Numbered from the stretch's first letter, positions 29,386-39,398 are shown. The stretch: DNA of 54,998 nucleotides from Candidatus Eiseniibacteriota bacterium (GCA_038060295.1 JBBTHR010000007.1:10094-65091), one strand, 5' to 3'. The notes: generated by a model not told the origin, from the letters alone. Numbers and translations: made by a program.

Positions 29386-30845
29386 ACTTGCCGCTTCCGA
29401 TCGACGCGCCGCTGGGGATGATCGAGCCGCTCCTGATCGTCTGCGGAGCCGGGCTCGTCCTCCTCCTGCTCGACCTGGTCCTCCCGCACGGGAAAAAGCA
29501 CCTCTCGGCCTGGTTCGCGCTCGGCGGCCTTCTCCTGGCGCTGGCGCGGACCATTCCACAGTGGGGGCTCTCGGAGCGCGGGTACGCGGGCATGGTGACG
29601 CTCGACAATCTCTCGACGCTCTTCAACGTCATCTTCCTGGCGACGTCGGCGGTGGTCGTGCTCCTCTCTATTCCGTTCCTCCGCCGCGAGGAAGTGGAGC
29701 ACTGCGAGTACTACTCGCTCCTTCTCTTCGCCACGTCGGGCATGATGATCCTGGCCTCGGGCCTCGATCTGATCACGCTTTTCCTGGGGATCGAGGTCCT
29801 CTCCATCTCGCTCTACATCCTGGCCGGTTACCGCCGGAACAACGACGCGTCGAACGAAGCGGCGATGAAGTACTTCCTCCTCGGCGCCTTCGCCTCGGGA
29901 ATTCTTCTCTACGGCATCTCCCTCGTCTACGGCGCGACCGCCACGACGAACCTGGAGCGGATCGGGGAAGCGATCGCCGGATCGACCGGCCCGGTTCCCG
30001 AAGGACTCTTCTACGCCGGCATGGCGCTCATCCTGGTCGGGCTCTGCTTCAAGGTGGCGGCGGCGCCGTTCCACATGTGGACGCCCGATGTCTACCAAGG
30101 CGCGCCGACTCCGATCACCGCCTTCTTCTCGGCCGGCCCGAAGGCCGCCGCGTTCGTCGCGTTCCTGCGCACCTTCTTCATCGCGTTCGGCCCCGCGCAG
30201 GCGGAGTGGGACATGGTGATCTCGGTCATCGCGGTCCTGACGATGACGGTGGGGAACGTGGCCGCCATCGCGCAGACGAACGTGAAGCGGATGCTCGCCT
30301 ATTCCAGCATCGCGCATTCCGGCTACGTCCTCATCGGGATCGTCTCGGGGGGGCTGATCGGAGGCACGGGGGCCGTCTTCTACCTGATGGCGTACGTGGC
30401 GATGAATCTGGGAGCCTTCGCGATCGTGGTGCTCCTGGAGCACAAGGGCGGGCGTGGGGAAGAGTTGAAGGACTACGCCGGTATGGGGTTCAAGTACCCC
30501 CTCATCGGCGCGCTCCTTTCGCTCTTCATGCTCTCGCTCTCGGGGATTCCGCCCACGGCCGGCTTCGTCGGAAAGCTCTACCTCTTCGGCGGCGCCGTCC
30601 AGTCGGGTCACGTCTGGCTGGCCATCTTCGCCGTCCTCAACAGCGCCATCTCCGTCTTCTACTATCTGCGCCTCCTGGTCCTCATGTACATGAAGGAGCC
30701 ACAGGAGGCCTTCCCGCCAATTCGGATTCCCCTCGCGCTCGCCTTCGTCCTCCTGGTGACGGCGGTCGGGACGCTCTGGCCGGGGCTCTTCCCGAGCGCC
30801 TGGTTCGCGGCCGCACAGGAAAGTGTTCGCTCGCTCTTTTCGTAG
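29382..30845 (+). CDS. nuoN: NADH-quinone oxidoreductase subunit N
   Basis: An antiporter-like subunit with KVAAAPFHMWTPDVYQGAPTPITAF and KRMLAYSSIAHSGY. ATGA overlap with the nuoM stop. Confidence 0.93.
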   Translation: MNLPLPIDAPLGMIEPLLIVCGAGLVLLLLDLVLPHGKKHLSAWFALGGLLLALARTIPQWGLSERGYAGMVTLDNLSTLFNVIFLATSAVVVLLSIPFLRREEVEHCEYYSLLLFATSGMMILASGLDLITLFLGIEVLSISLYILAGYRRNNDASNEAAMKYFLLGAFASGILLYGISLVYGATATTNLERIGEAIAGSTGPVPEGLFYAGMALILVGLCFKVAAAPFHMWTPDVYQGAPTPITAFFSAGPKAAAFVAFLRTFFIAFGPAQAEWDMVISVIAVLTMTVGNVAAIAQTNVKRMLAYSSIAHSGYVLIGIVSGGLIGGTGAVFYLMAYVAMNLGAFAIVVLLEHKGGRGEELKDYAGMGFKYPLIGALLSLFMLSLSGIPPTAGFVGKLYLFGGAVQSGHVWLAIFAVLNSAISVFYYLRLLVLMYMKEPQEAFPPIRIPLALAFVLLVTAVGTLWPGLFPSAWFAAAQESVRSLFS

Positions 30846-30908
30846 TCCAGGCATAGGCATGGCGATGGCGCTCGCGCGGCGGGCGTCTACCTTCTAGAAT
30901 CCCCTCCC

Positions 30909-32096
30909 ATGACTCCGCGCCCCACGTTCGGCCACGCCATGCGCGAGCACTGGCCCCTCGATCCCGCGCTCACCTACCTCAACCACGGCACCGTCGGCGT
31001 CGTGTCGCGCCGTGTCATGGCCGCCCAGCAGGCCCTCCGGGAAGAGATGGAGCGAAATCCCTCGTCCTTCATGCTTCGCGAACTGACCGGGGAGAAGCCG
31101 GCCCCTTGGAGGCCTGGGCCGACCCGCATGCGGGAGGCCGCGGCCGCCGTGGCAACGTTTGTCGGAGCGCGGGAGGAGGATTTCGTCTTCACGCCGAACG
31201 TCACCCACGCCATCAATGCCGTGCTCCGGTCGTTCCCGTTCGAGAAGGGGGACGAGATTCTCGTCACCGATCTGGGGTACGGGGCCATCACCTACGGTGC
31301 CAGGAACCGGGCGCGGGAGTTCGGCGGTTCTGTGGCGGTCGCCGAAATGCCCTATCCCACGACGCCGGCCGCCGCGCGCGATGCCATCCTGGCCGCGGTG
31401 GGGCCACGGACACGGCTGGCCATCGTCGATCACGTCACGTCGGAGTCGGCCCAGCTCCTGCCGCTCGCCGAGATCGCTGCGGCGCTCCGCGATCGCGGCG
31501 TGCTGGTCCTGGCCGATGGCGCCCATGTTCCCGGCGCGCTGGCCCTCGATGTCCCTTCGATCGGGGTCGATTGGTACGCGGCGAACCTCCACAAGTGGTG
31601 CCACGCGCCGCGCTCGTGCGGGTTTCTTTGGGCGCCCCCAGAGCGGCAGGTGGGGCTCCACCCCTGGACGATTTCGTGGGGGTTGGACCACGGGTTCACC
31701 AACGAGTTCGATTGGGTGGGGACGCTAGATCCCACGAACTACTTGGCGGCACCGGAAGGGGTTATGCTCCTACGTGAATGGGATTTCGAGGCCGCGCGGG
31801 AGTACATGCATCGCCTTGCGTGGGATGGCGCGCGGCTTCTCACGAAGGAGTGGGGGACCGAGCTTGCCGTGCCGCAGGAGATGGTCGGCACCATGGTGAC
31901 CGTGCCGCTTTCGGAGCGTGCCGGGGCATCGGATGAAGATGCCGTCCGGCTTCGCCTCGCGCTCCTCCTGGAGGACAATATCGAGATCCAGATGCACGCC
32001 TACCGCGGCCGCATCTGGGCGAGGCTCTCGGCCCAGGTCTACAACGATCTGTCCGACGTGGAGCGGCTGGCCGAGGCCGTACTCCGAAGGGTGTAG
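30909..32096 (+). CDS. Class V PLP-dependent aminotransferase-fold enzyme (isopenicillin-N epimerase / cysteine desulfurase-like)
   Basis: LNHGTVG..., DHVTSESA, a GAHVPG...ANLHKW pattern (PLP Lys), and overall class V length (395 aa). Confidence 0.75.
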   Translation: MTPRPTFGHAMREHWPLDPALTYLNHGTVGVVSRRVMAAQQALREEMERNPSSFMLRELTGEKPAPWRPGPTRMREAAAAVATFVGAREEDFVFTPNVTHAINAVLRSFPFEKGDEILVTDLGYGAITYGARNRAREFGGSVAVAEMPYPTTPAAARDAILAAVGPRTRLAIVDHVTSESAQLLPLAEIAAALRDRGVLVLADGAHVPGALALDVPSIGVDWYAANLHKWCHAPRSCGFLWAPPERQVGLHPWTISWGLDHGFTNEFDWVGTLDPTNYLAAPEGVMLLREWDFEAAREYMHRLAWDGARLLTKEWGTELAVPQEMVGTMVTVPLSERAGASDEDAVRLRLALLLEDNIEIQMHAYRGRIWARLSAQVYNDLSDVERLAEAVLRRV

Positions 32097-32179
32097 CGCT
32101 CAGCGCCAGGATTCGCTCACGTCCCGGGCCCGCCCGGGTCTACGCTCAAGCCTCCAGCAGGTCCCCCCATGGAGGCTTC

Positions 32180-34885
32180 ATGGTTCGCCGTCCCGGTTCG
32201 CTCCTCTTCCCAGCGCTCTTGATTGTCTGGCTGGCCGCCCCGTCGGTGGCGCTCGCGCAGTACATTTTCCTCGACGCCAACGGTGACGGCGTTCGCACGG
32301 CGTCCGATCTCCTTCCGCCCGGCGTCACCACGACCATCGACATCCGACTCGTCACGAACCGGAACCGGGACGGCTCCGCTGCGACCTGCGCCGTGGATAG
32401 CTCTTCGACGATGACGTTCAACTCCTACGAGGTCATCCTTCGGACCGTTGGCGGAACCGTGGAGTGGGGGGTCTTCACGAATCTGGTTCTCTCTGCAACG
32501 ACGTCATTCGGTTCCGCGGAGGACCCGCGCGAGTTCTACTCGGGATTCGGGGGAGGGGAGATCCTGCCCCCGGGAGGATATCTCCTGGGCCGAGTCGAGA
32601 TCACGCCCGCCACGGGGACGCCGAGCATTGTCTTCGCGGCGAACTCGCGGCTCAATCCACCGGGGTACACGTCTTTTGGGTCAAAGTGCCGCGGTATCGA
32701 TGGCGATAACACGCTCAAGCTCGGCGTAGACTGGGCGGATTCCGACGGGCTTTCAGCCCCGAACATATCGCCGGTACCGGTGCTTCGGGATATCCCCGAT
32801 CTGGAGATTGCGGAGCGCGTGGTGGGAACCGCCGTGCTCTCAGCGGAGGACGCAGACGGATCCCTATTGTCCCTCGTTGTAAGCCCAACGCTATCGTTCG
32901 CGAGGTACGTCCAGAAGTTCAGCGATCCGGGATACATCGAGGGAACTCTGACGTTTGTGCCAGGTTCGCAAGACGCGGGCACCTACACAATTACCGTGCT
33001 CGCGAGCGACGGCACGAACACCGCGTCGCAGACATTCACCCTTCGAGTTGTCGACGTCTCCGATCCACCCCAGACAAATTCCCCGCCGGTCTGGGCATCC
33101 CTTCCCGACGTTAGTGTCCAGCCGGGGCTCATCCGGGAACTGCCCATCTGGGTGAGCGACCCCGACCGCGATTCCATCGCGCTCTTCCTTTCCGGTGCGC
33201 CGCGATTCGCCTCCCTTCGGGTGGTCAGGCAAGATCCCGGCTTAACGGAGGGAGTGATCCGGCTTGTTCCGAGCGCCCTTGAGGTCGGGACCTATTCCAT
33301 CGTTCTCACAGCGGCCGACGCGACGCACTTCGTGGCGGGTTCGTTCCGAGTCACGGTCGGCGCGAATCATCTTCCGGAGTTCGTGCTGGCCGATTCACTC
33401 GTCGTTCAGGAGGGGGAGATCTTGCGGTCCAGGGTGGACGTGACCGATGCAGACTCCGACCCCCTGCGACTCGACCTCGCGCGCGCCCCGGCATTCCTCA
33501 CCGTCGCGGAGCAACTCGAGGCCCTCGGGTGGGGATCGTTGGCCTTCGCGCTTCGCCCGCTTTCCGGCGATGCCGGGAGCCATCCGTTCGTCCTCGCGGC
33601 GACCGACGGATATACCCGGGTAGAGTTCTCGTTCCCCATTACCGTGCTGTCTGCCGGGCCCATGCACGTCACATGGAGCCCAGCTTCGCTCGGATGCGTG
33701 GAACAGCGGAGCACTCGATACGCGGGGCTCGACGCCGAGGCTGCCTCGGAGCGCCCTCTGACCTTGGAGCTAACGGCGGCACCGCCATGGATCACAGTCG
33801 AATCGTCGCGCCCCAACATGCTCTTGCTCAGGATGTCGCCCCCGGAATCGGCTCTGCCGGGGATTTTCAGCGTCCTTGTGACAGCGATCGACAGCGAGGG
33901 CAATCGATCGCAGCAACGATTCGAAGGAGGGCTAAGGCTTCCCGGCGACTGTATCTGCATTCCGTGTCTCTCGGTGCCGCCTCGGCCGATCGCGGTGGCG
34001 GGAAGACCGTACGCGGGCTTCGCCGGGCTCCCGGTTCAATTCGATGGACGATGGACATCGACAGGCGGCTATCCGGCGAGCTTTGCCTGGACCTTCGGGG
34101 ATGGGCAAACAAGTAACCGGGTGGTCGTGGAGCATCGCTACGCCAGCGGCGGCAGGTATCGGGTCACGCTGCGCGTGAGCAACTCGGGCGGAACGTCGCG
34201 TGATTCTACCGAGGCCATCATCGCCGATGCGATCCCCGCGCGTGCTTTCATGCTTCCACCCCAGCGAGTGCTGGCGCTCCGGGACGCCAATGGCTTCATC
34301 GATCTCCATGTGGAGCCCGCCGCCGTGCCGTTCGATCTCGCGGGCCTCCGTCTCGACACCGCCGTCCTGCGGACCGGAGGACTGGGTGCGACCGACTCCA
34401 TCCTCACGAGCGAAACTCGGCGGCATGTCTCGGGCGACTCGGACAGGAACGGCGTGCCGGATGCTACCGTCTCCTTCGGAATGGCCGACCTCGTGCGACT
34501 CTTCTCGGCCGTGCGGGGGAAGCGCGACGTCAGCGCGCGGCTCGAGATCATGACGATGGAGGGGGCGCTGGTGCGCGGAGAGATCACGCTTCATGTCTTG
34601 GGCGATCCGCGCGCGTCGATCGCGGTCGGGCCGAATCCGTTCAACCCGACCGGCAGCATCCAATTCGATGTCGCCTCGCCCGGTCGTGTCCACGTCCGGC
34701 TCTACGACGTCTCGGGGCGCTTCGTTCGAACGCTGCTCGATGAAGCGCGCGCGCTCCCGGGTCTGCGGGTGGTTCCGGTAGACGGGCGCGACGCTTCCGG
34801 TCGGCCCCTGGCGAGCGGCGTCTACTTCTTCAAAGTCGAACGCGGCCAACGGGTGGACCGCGGCCGCGTCACGCTGCTGAAATAG
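32180..34885 (+). CDS. Secreted multi-domain surface protein: signal peptide, Ca-binding-like DxNGDG loop, four Ig/cadherin-like repeats, PKD domain, FlgD-Ig/T9SS-like C-terminal domain
   Basis: Signal peptide LLIVWLAAPSVALAQ. It carries a DANGDGVRTASD loop and four ~100-aa repeats, each with an acidic motif (AEDADGSLLSL, VSDPDRDSIAL, VTDADSDPLRL, LDAEAASERPLTL). The PKD-like segment is FAWTFGDGQTSN...HRYASGGRYRVTLRVSN. The C-terminus is GPNPFNP...VRLYDVSGRFVRTL...GRDASGRPLASGVYFFKV. Confidence 0.8.
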   Translation: MVRRPGSLLFPALLIVWLAAPSVALAQYIFLDANGDGVRTASDLLPPGVTTTIDIRLVTNRNRDGSAATCAVDSSSTMTFNSYEVILRTVGGTVEWGVFTNLVLSATTSFGSAEDPREFYSGFGGGEILPPGGYLLGRVEITPATGTPSIVFAANSRLNPPGYTSFGSKCRGIDGDNTLKLGVDWADSDGLSAPNISPVPVLRDIPDLEIAERVVGTAVLSAEDADGSLLSLVVSPTLSFARYVQKFSDPGYIEGTLTFVPGSQDAGTYTITVLASDGTNTASQTFTLRVVDVSDPPQTNSPPVWASLPDVSVQPGLIRELPIWVSDPDRDSIALFLSGAPRFASLRVVRQDPGLTEGVIRLVPSALEVGTYSIVLTAADATHFVAGSFRVTVGANHLPEFVLADSLVVQEGEILRSRVDVTDADSDPLRLDLARAPAFLTVAEQLEALGWGSLAFALRPLSGDAGSHPFVLAATDGYTRVEFSFPITVLSAGPMHVTWSPASLGCVEQRSTRYAGLDAEAASERPLTLELTAAPPWITVESSRPNMLLLRMSPPESALPGIFSVLVTAIDSEGNRSQQRFEGGLRLPGDCICIPCLSVPPRPIAVAGRPYAGFAGLPVQFDGRWTSTGGYPASFAWTFGDGQTSNRVVVEHRYASGGRYRVTLRVSNSGGTSRDSTEAIIADAIPARAFMLPPQRVLALRDANGFIDLHVEPAAVPFDLAGLRLDTAVLRTGGLGATDSILTSETRRHVSGDSDRNGVPDATVSFGMADLVRLFSAVRGKRDVSARLEIMTMEGALVRGEITLHVLGDPRASIAVGPNPFNPTGSIQFDVASPGRVHVRLYDVSGRFVRTLLDEARALPGLRVVPVDGRDASGRPLASGVYFFKVERGQRVDRGRVTLLK

Positions 34886-34893
34886 GGAACAGC

Positions 34894-34918
34894 GGTGGGG
34901 CGTCCCTACCGCCCCACC
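34894..34918. terminator. GC-rich hairpin between convergent genes (9-bp stem), a possible bidirectional terminator
   Basis: GGTGGGGCG (34894-34902) pairs with CGCCCCACC (34910-34918). There is no clear U-tract. The 3' arm overlaps the last codons of the minus-strand aminotransferase. Confidence 0.35.
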
Positions 34919-36108
34919 TTCACCGGATATGCCTCCAGCGCCCCCGCCAGAATCTCCATTGCCTTCCGGAGCGCGCCCTCTTCGAGCACGTAGGCGAACC
35001 GAATCTCGTTCTTCCCTCGGCCCGGCGTGGCGTAGAAGCCGTCGCCCGGCGCGACCATGAGCGTCGCGTTGTCCTTCCGGTACTCCTTCAGCATCCAGAT
35101 CACGAACTCCTCGGCGTTCGCCACGGGGAGTTCGGCCATCAGGTAGAAGGCACCTTCCGGCTTCCGCGCGAACGTCCCGGGGATTTTCGCGAGCCCTTCC
35201 ATCACCAGGTCGCGACGCTTGCGGAACTCGTCCACGACCATCTTCGTGTAGGACGCAGGGACCTTGTCGAGCACGGAGGCCGCGTACTGGCCGATCGTCG
35301 GCGGCGAGAGGCGCGCCTGCGCGAACTTCAGGCAGGCGTCGCGGACCGCGGCGTTCTTCGTCACCAGCGTGCCGACGCGCGCGCCGCACATGTTGAGCCG
35401 CTTCGAGATCGAATCGACCAGCACCACCTGCTGGTCGATCCCCTTCCGGGTCAGCGGGCTCTCGTGCTTCAGGCCGTCGTAGACGAACTCGCGGTACGCC
35501 TCGTCGGTGATGATCCAGAGGTTTTTCCGCTTCGCCAGGTCGACAAGGCCGTCGATCTCGGCCGCCGTGTAGGAGGTGCCGGTCGGATTCGACGGAGCGC
35601 AGATCAGGATGCCGCGCGTCTTCGGGCCGATGACGCGCTCGATCGCCTCGATCGGCGGGAGGTGATAGCCGGTCCGCGCGTCGCAGGCGACCGGCTTCAC
35701 GCCGACGCCGGCCACGAGGGCCATGGTGGCGTAGTTGGTGTAGAAGGGTTCGAAGATGATCACTTCCTCGCCCGGCTCGAACAACGCCCAGAAAGCGAAC
35801 TGGAGCGCCTCGCTCCCGCCGACCGTGGTCAGGATCTCGGCGGGGCTGAAGTCGAGCCCGACCGACTGATAGTAGCGCGACATCCCCTCGCGGAACTCCA
35901 TCGTCCCCGGGGAGGGCGAATAAGGGACGTACTTGCCGGGATAATTCCGGATCCGCTCCATGACGATGTCGGGCGTCGGAAGGTCGGGCTGTCCGATGTT
36001 CAGCTGGTAGACGGTCGCGCCCTCCTTCATCGCCGCTTCGGCGTAGGGCGCGAGCCGCCGGATAGGGGAAGCCTGCGCTTCCTTGCCGCGTGTCGAGACG
36101 TTCATCAC
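34906..36108 (-). CDS. Class I/II PLP-dependent aminotransferase (aspartate/aromatic aminotransferase-like)
   Basis: NIGQPDLPTP, SNPTG, and DEAYREFVY...SISKRLNMCGARVG (PLP-Lys motif). Start is GTG 36108 (GTGA overlap) or ATG 36105, with a GGAGG RBS upstream. Confidence 0.9.
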   Translation of the reverse strand: MMNVSTRGKEAQASPIRRLAPYAEAAMKEGATVYQLNIGQPDLPTPDIVMERIRNYPGKYVPYSPSPGTMEFREGMSRYYQSVGLDFSPAEILTTVGGSEALQFAFWALFEPGEEVIIFEPFYTNYATMALVAGVGVKPVACDARTGYHLPPIEAIERVIGPKTRGILICAPSNPTGTSYTAAEIDGLVDLAKRKNLWIITDEAYREFVYDGLKHESPLTRKGIDQQVVLVDSISKRLNMCGARVGTLVTKNAAVRDACLKFAQARLSPPTIGQYAASVLDKVPASYTKMVVDEFRKRRDLVMEGLAKIPGTFARKPEGAFYLMAELPVANAEEFVIWMLKEYRKDNATLMVAPGDGFYATPGRGKNEIRFAYVLEEGALRKAMEILAGALEAYPVKVGR

Positions 36109-37160
36109 CTACCTCCGCGTCGGGGCGTCCGCGTGCGCGCGGCCGGCTTCTTTTCCGGAGGCGTCGCGAGAAGCCGCACCACGAGATCGACGGTTCGTTC
36201 CAGGTCGCGCGCGTGGACGAGCGATTCGGGCCCGCCCGTCTTCCGCGCGGGAATCGCGATCAGCACCGTGGGAACGCCCGGCCCGGCGCGCCGCACGGCG
36301 CCGGCGTCGGTCGAACCCTCTTCGCGCACCAGGTACTGGATCGGAACGCGCGCGGCCTTGGCGGCCTTACGCGCCATCTCCAGCGCCTGCGGATGCGCGA
36401 TGTATCCATGTTCCTTGAGCCCGATGCAGGGTCCTTCACCGAGCGTCACGGGGCTCTGGTCCTTCGCCTCGCCGACGTGCGCCAGTTCCACCACCACGGC
36501 CATCTCGGGCTCGACGCCGAAGGCGCCGATCATGGCGCCGCGCGATCCGAGTTCGCTCTGCGCCGTGAAGATCACGTGCAGATCGTAGGGAATGCGGCGC
36601 GAGCGAAGGATCGCCGCCGCCACGGCCGCCGCGCCGGCGCGATTGTCGAGGGAGCAGGCACGCCACTGATCGCCCAGTCGGTCGAGCCGCGCTTCCAGCA
36701 TTCCGACCGAGCCGACGGGGAAGCGCTTCGCCGCGCCCGCCTTGTCGTACCCGGTCACGAGGTAGAGCGAACTCGCGTCGAGCGTCCCCGCCTCTTTGCC
36801 GTTCGCGGGGCGGTCGTAGGCGATGAGCGCGCGCTCGCCGTCGGCGAAGACAACCGTGGCCCCGACCGCCTCGGCGGCGCCGCGACCGCCCAGAAGATCG
36901 ATGCGGGCGGTGCCGCTCGATTCCACGCGGGTCACGATGACGCCGGGGGCGTCCATCGCGGCGACCAGGAGAAGCCTGGGCCCGCTGCCGGGGAGGTGAA
37001 GGTGGAGATTACCGAGCGCGTCCTCGCGCGTGCGCCCGACACCGCGAAGCGCGGATCGGAGCGCGGCGCGCACGCCCGTCTCGCGGCCCGGCGGGCCGTA
37101 AGCGGGAACGAGCGCCTTCAGAAGTGCATCGAGACTACCCGCATGCGGTTTCACGGCCAC
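36105..37160 (-). CDS. M42 family metallopeptidase (FrvX/TET aminopeptidase-like), copy 1
   Basis: An M42-like N-terminus (LLKALVPAYGPPGRE) with the PDZ-like insert and catalytic-domain pattern. It looks diverged relative to copies 2 and 3. Start is GTG 37160 or GTG 37154 (the latter gives a GTGA overlap). Confidence 0.7.
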   Translation of the reverse strand: MAVKPHAGSLDALLKALVPAYGPPGRETGVRAALRSALRGVGRTREDALGNLHLHLPGSGPRLLLVAAMDAPGVIVTRVESSGTARIDLLGGRGAAEAVGATVVFADGERALIAYDRPANGKEAGTLDASSLYLVTGYDKAGAAKRFPVGSVGMLEARLDRLGDQWRACSLDNRAGAAAVAAAILRSRRIPYDLHVIFTAQSELGSRGAMIGAFGVEPEMAVVVELAHVGEAKDQSPVTLGEGPCIGLKEHGYIAHPQALEMARKAAKAARVPIQYLVREEGSTDAGAVRRAGPGVPTVLIAIPARKTGGPESLVHARDLERTVDLVVRLLATPPEKKPAARTRTPRRGGR

Positions 37161-38233
37161 TCCTTTCCAAGCGATTCGAGCGTGTGCCAGACGAGGTCCA
37201 CCACGCGCCGCGGATCACGAATGTCGAGGTACGCCGCCGGGGCGTGGATGTAGCGGCACGCCACGGAGACCACTGCCGCCGGAACGCCGGCGCCCGAGAT
37301 CGCGATACGTCCCGCGTCGGTCCCCCCGACGCCGGGGCGTTTCCACTGAGTCGAAATCTTTCGCCGCTTCGCCGTTCGCTGGAGCAGATCGACGAGGCGC
37401 GCGTCGGCCATGAGGCTTCGGTCCTGGATGGTGATCGTGGGGCCGCCGCCCATCCGCGGCTGCTGCTCCTCGGGGGAGGCGCCCGGGGCTTCCCCCGAGG
37501 CCGTTCCCTCGAGAATGATCGCGAGATCGGGCGCCACGCGCCGCGCGGCCGCAGCGGCGCCGCGGAGTCCGATCTCCTCCTGAACCGTCCAGACGGCCGT
37601 GACCGGAACCGGGGGGCGCTTCTGGACCAGGCTCGCCACCACGGCGCAGCCGACTCGATCGTCGAACGCCTTTCCCTTCCGCACACGTCCCGACGCTTCG
37701 TAGGTCGTGTCGAAGGCGACCAGGTCGCCGATCGAGATCGCCTGGAGCGCTTCCTCGCGCGAGGCGGCGCCGATGTCGAGGAAGAGTTCCTCGATCGGGA
37801 TCACCTTGTTCATGTCGTTGTTCGTGAGGAGGTGGGCCGGCAGCACGCCGACCACGCCCCGCGCGCCGTTCATCCCGACCCGGAAGACCTGCCCCAAAAG
37901 GATGCGTGGATCGATGCCGCCGACCTTCCGGAAGCGTAGGCGCCCGTCCTTCTCGACCGCGGTGACCATGAAGCCGACTTCGTCCATGTGGGCGCAGAGC
38001 ATGACGTGCGGCAGGCGGCGCCGGCTCCGCGCGCCGGAGGGCGACAGGCGCGCCACCAGGCTTCCCATGGCGTCCACCTCGAGGCTGTCGACGCGGTCCC
38101 GCACGGCGCTCACGACGAGGTCCCGCACCGGCGCTTCCCAGCCGCTCGGGCCGTCGGCGTTCGAGAATGCTTCGAGAAAGCGCTCCTCGAACGGCGGGGC
38201 CCCGTTTCGCCTCGCGGCGCGCGCGGCAGGCAT
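37151..38233 (-). CDS. M42 family metallopeptidase, copy 2
   Basis: LEAFSNADGPSGWE, MLCAHMDEVGFMV, AFDDRVGC, VQEEIGLRGA and GGTDAG motifs. ATG 38233 shares one nucleotide with the upstream TAA. Confidence 0.85.
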   Translation of the reverse strand: MPAARAARRNGAPPFEERFLEAFSNADGPSGWEAPVRDLVVSAVRDRVDSLEVDAMGSLVARLSPSGARSRRRLPHVMLCAHMDEVGFMVTAVEKDGRLRFRKVGGIDPRILLGQVFRVGMNGARGVVGVLPAHLLTNNDMNKVIPIEELFLDIGAASREEALQAISIGDLVAFDTTYEASGRVRKGKAFDDRVGCAVVASLVQKRPPVPVTAVWTVQEEIGLRGAAAAARRVAPDLAIILEGTASGEAPGASPEEQQPRMGGGPTITIQDRSLMADARLVDLLQRTAKRRKISTQWKRPGVGGTDAGRIAISGAGVPAAVVSVACRYIHAPAAYLDIRDPRRVVDLVWHTLESLGKEWP

Positions 38234-39342
38234 TACTTGAGCACCTCGGTGGCGCGCCATTCCGGGTCGAGCGACGCCAGATAGTGGGCGAGGAGCGTGG
38301 CGCAACGATCGACGTCGCGCGGTTCCACCACCTCGACGCCGGTGTGCATGTAGCGGCAGGGAATGCCGAGCACGGCGGTGGCGACGCCGAGGCTCGCGAT
38401 CTGAATGTCCATGGCGTCGGTCCCCGAGTTGGCGGGAGTCACCTCGAGGGAGAAGGGGAGTCCGATCGCCCGCGCGGCGCTCCTCAATCCGTCGAAGACG
38501 CCGGCGTGGATGTTCGCCCCCATGCAGATCGAGGGGCCGCCTCCCAGCGGCACGGTGTCGCCCTCCCGGGTCCCCGGCATGTCGCCATGGCTCACGTCGA
38601 TGGCGATGCCGATCTCGGGCTTCAGCCCCTCGGCCGAGGTCCGGGCGCCGACGCAGACTTGTCCGTCCTCCTCCTCCACCGTGCCGACCGCGATGACGTC
38701 CCAGGCGGGGCGCCGCTCGCGAAGGGTCTGGAGGGTGCGGACCAGGACTGCCACGCCCGAACGGTTGTCCATCCCGGGGGCGGCAAGGCGCGACTTGAGG
38801 AGCCCGACGGGCGGCTGTCGGAGCATGACCATGGTCCCGACCGGCACCCGCCGCCTCACGACCGCCTCCGGCATCCCGGTGTCGAGGTAGAGTTCTTCCA
38901 ACGGGATGACCTTGTCGGCTTCACCCTTTTTCTGAAGGTGGGGAGGCTTCGTCCCGAAGATGGCGTTCATGGGCGGCCTGGAGTGAATCACCACTTCCTT
39001 GCCGGGGAGGGTGCGCTGGTCGAACCCGCCGACCGAGACGACGCGGAGGTAACCGCCCGCCTCGACCCGGCTCACCAGGAAGCCGATCCGGTCGAGATGC
39101 GCAGCCAGGAGCGCGCGAGGACGCGGCTCGGGCCCTGTGCCGTGGATCCAGCCGAGGACGTTGCCCATCCGGTCCCGCTCCACCTTGTCGGCGAAGAGGC
39201 CGAACGCCCGCTCGATCTCGGAAATGGAGACATGCTCGTAGCCCGCGACCCCGGGAAGGGCCGTCAGGTGCCGGAGCCACTCTTCGGTGCTCCACTCGAG
39301 CTGTCCGTTTCGACGAGGCGATGAGCGCTTCAAACGTGGCAT
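38233..39342 (-). CDS. M42 family metallopeptidase, copy 3
   Basis: LRHLTALPGVAGYE, LLAAHLDRIGFLV, PGMDNRSG, TVEEEDG and SGTDAM motifs. ATG at 39342. Confidence 0.82.
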   Translation of the reverse strand: MPRLKRSSPRRNGQLEWSTEEWLRHLTALPGVAGYEHVSISEIERAFGLFADKVERDRMGNVLGWIHGTGPEPRPRALLAAHLDRIGFLVSRVEAGGYLRVVSVGGFDQRTLPGKEVVIHSRPPMNAIFGTKPPHLQKKGEADKVIPLEELYLDTGMPEAVVRRRVPVGTMVMLRQPPVGLLKSRLAAPGMDNRSGVAVLVRTLQTLRERRPAWDVIAVGTVEEEDGQVCVGARTSAEGLKPEIGIAIDVSHGDMPGTREGDTVPLGGGPSICMGANIHAGVFDGLRSAARAIGLPFSLEVTPANSGTDAMDIQIASLGVATAVLGIPCRYMHTGVEVVEPRDVDRCATLLAHYLASLDPEWRATEVLK

Positions 39343-39398
39343 AGATAGCCAATTTAGCCCACCCCCCACGGGCGTGCCAGGGTAAACTCCTCCCCCGC

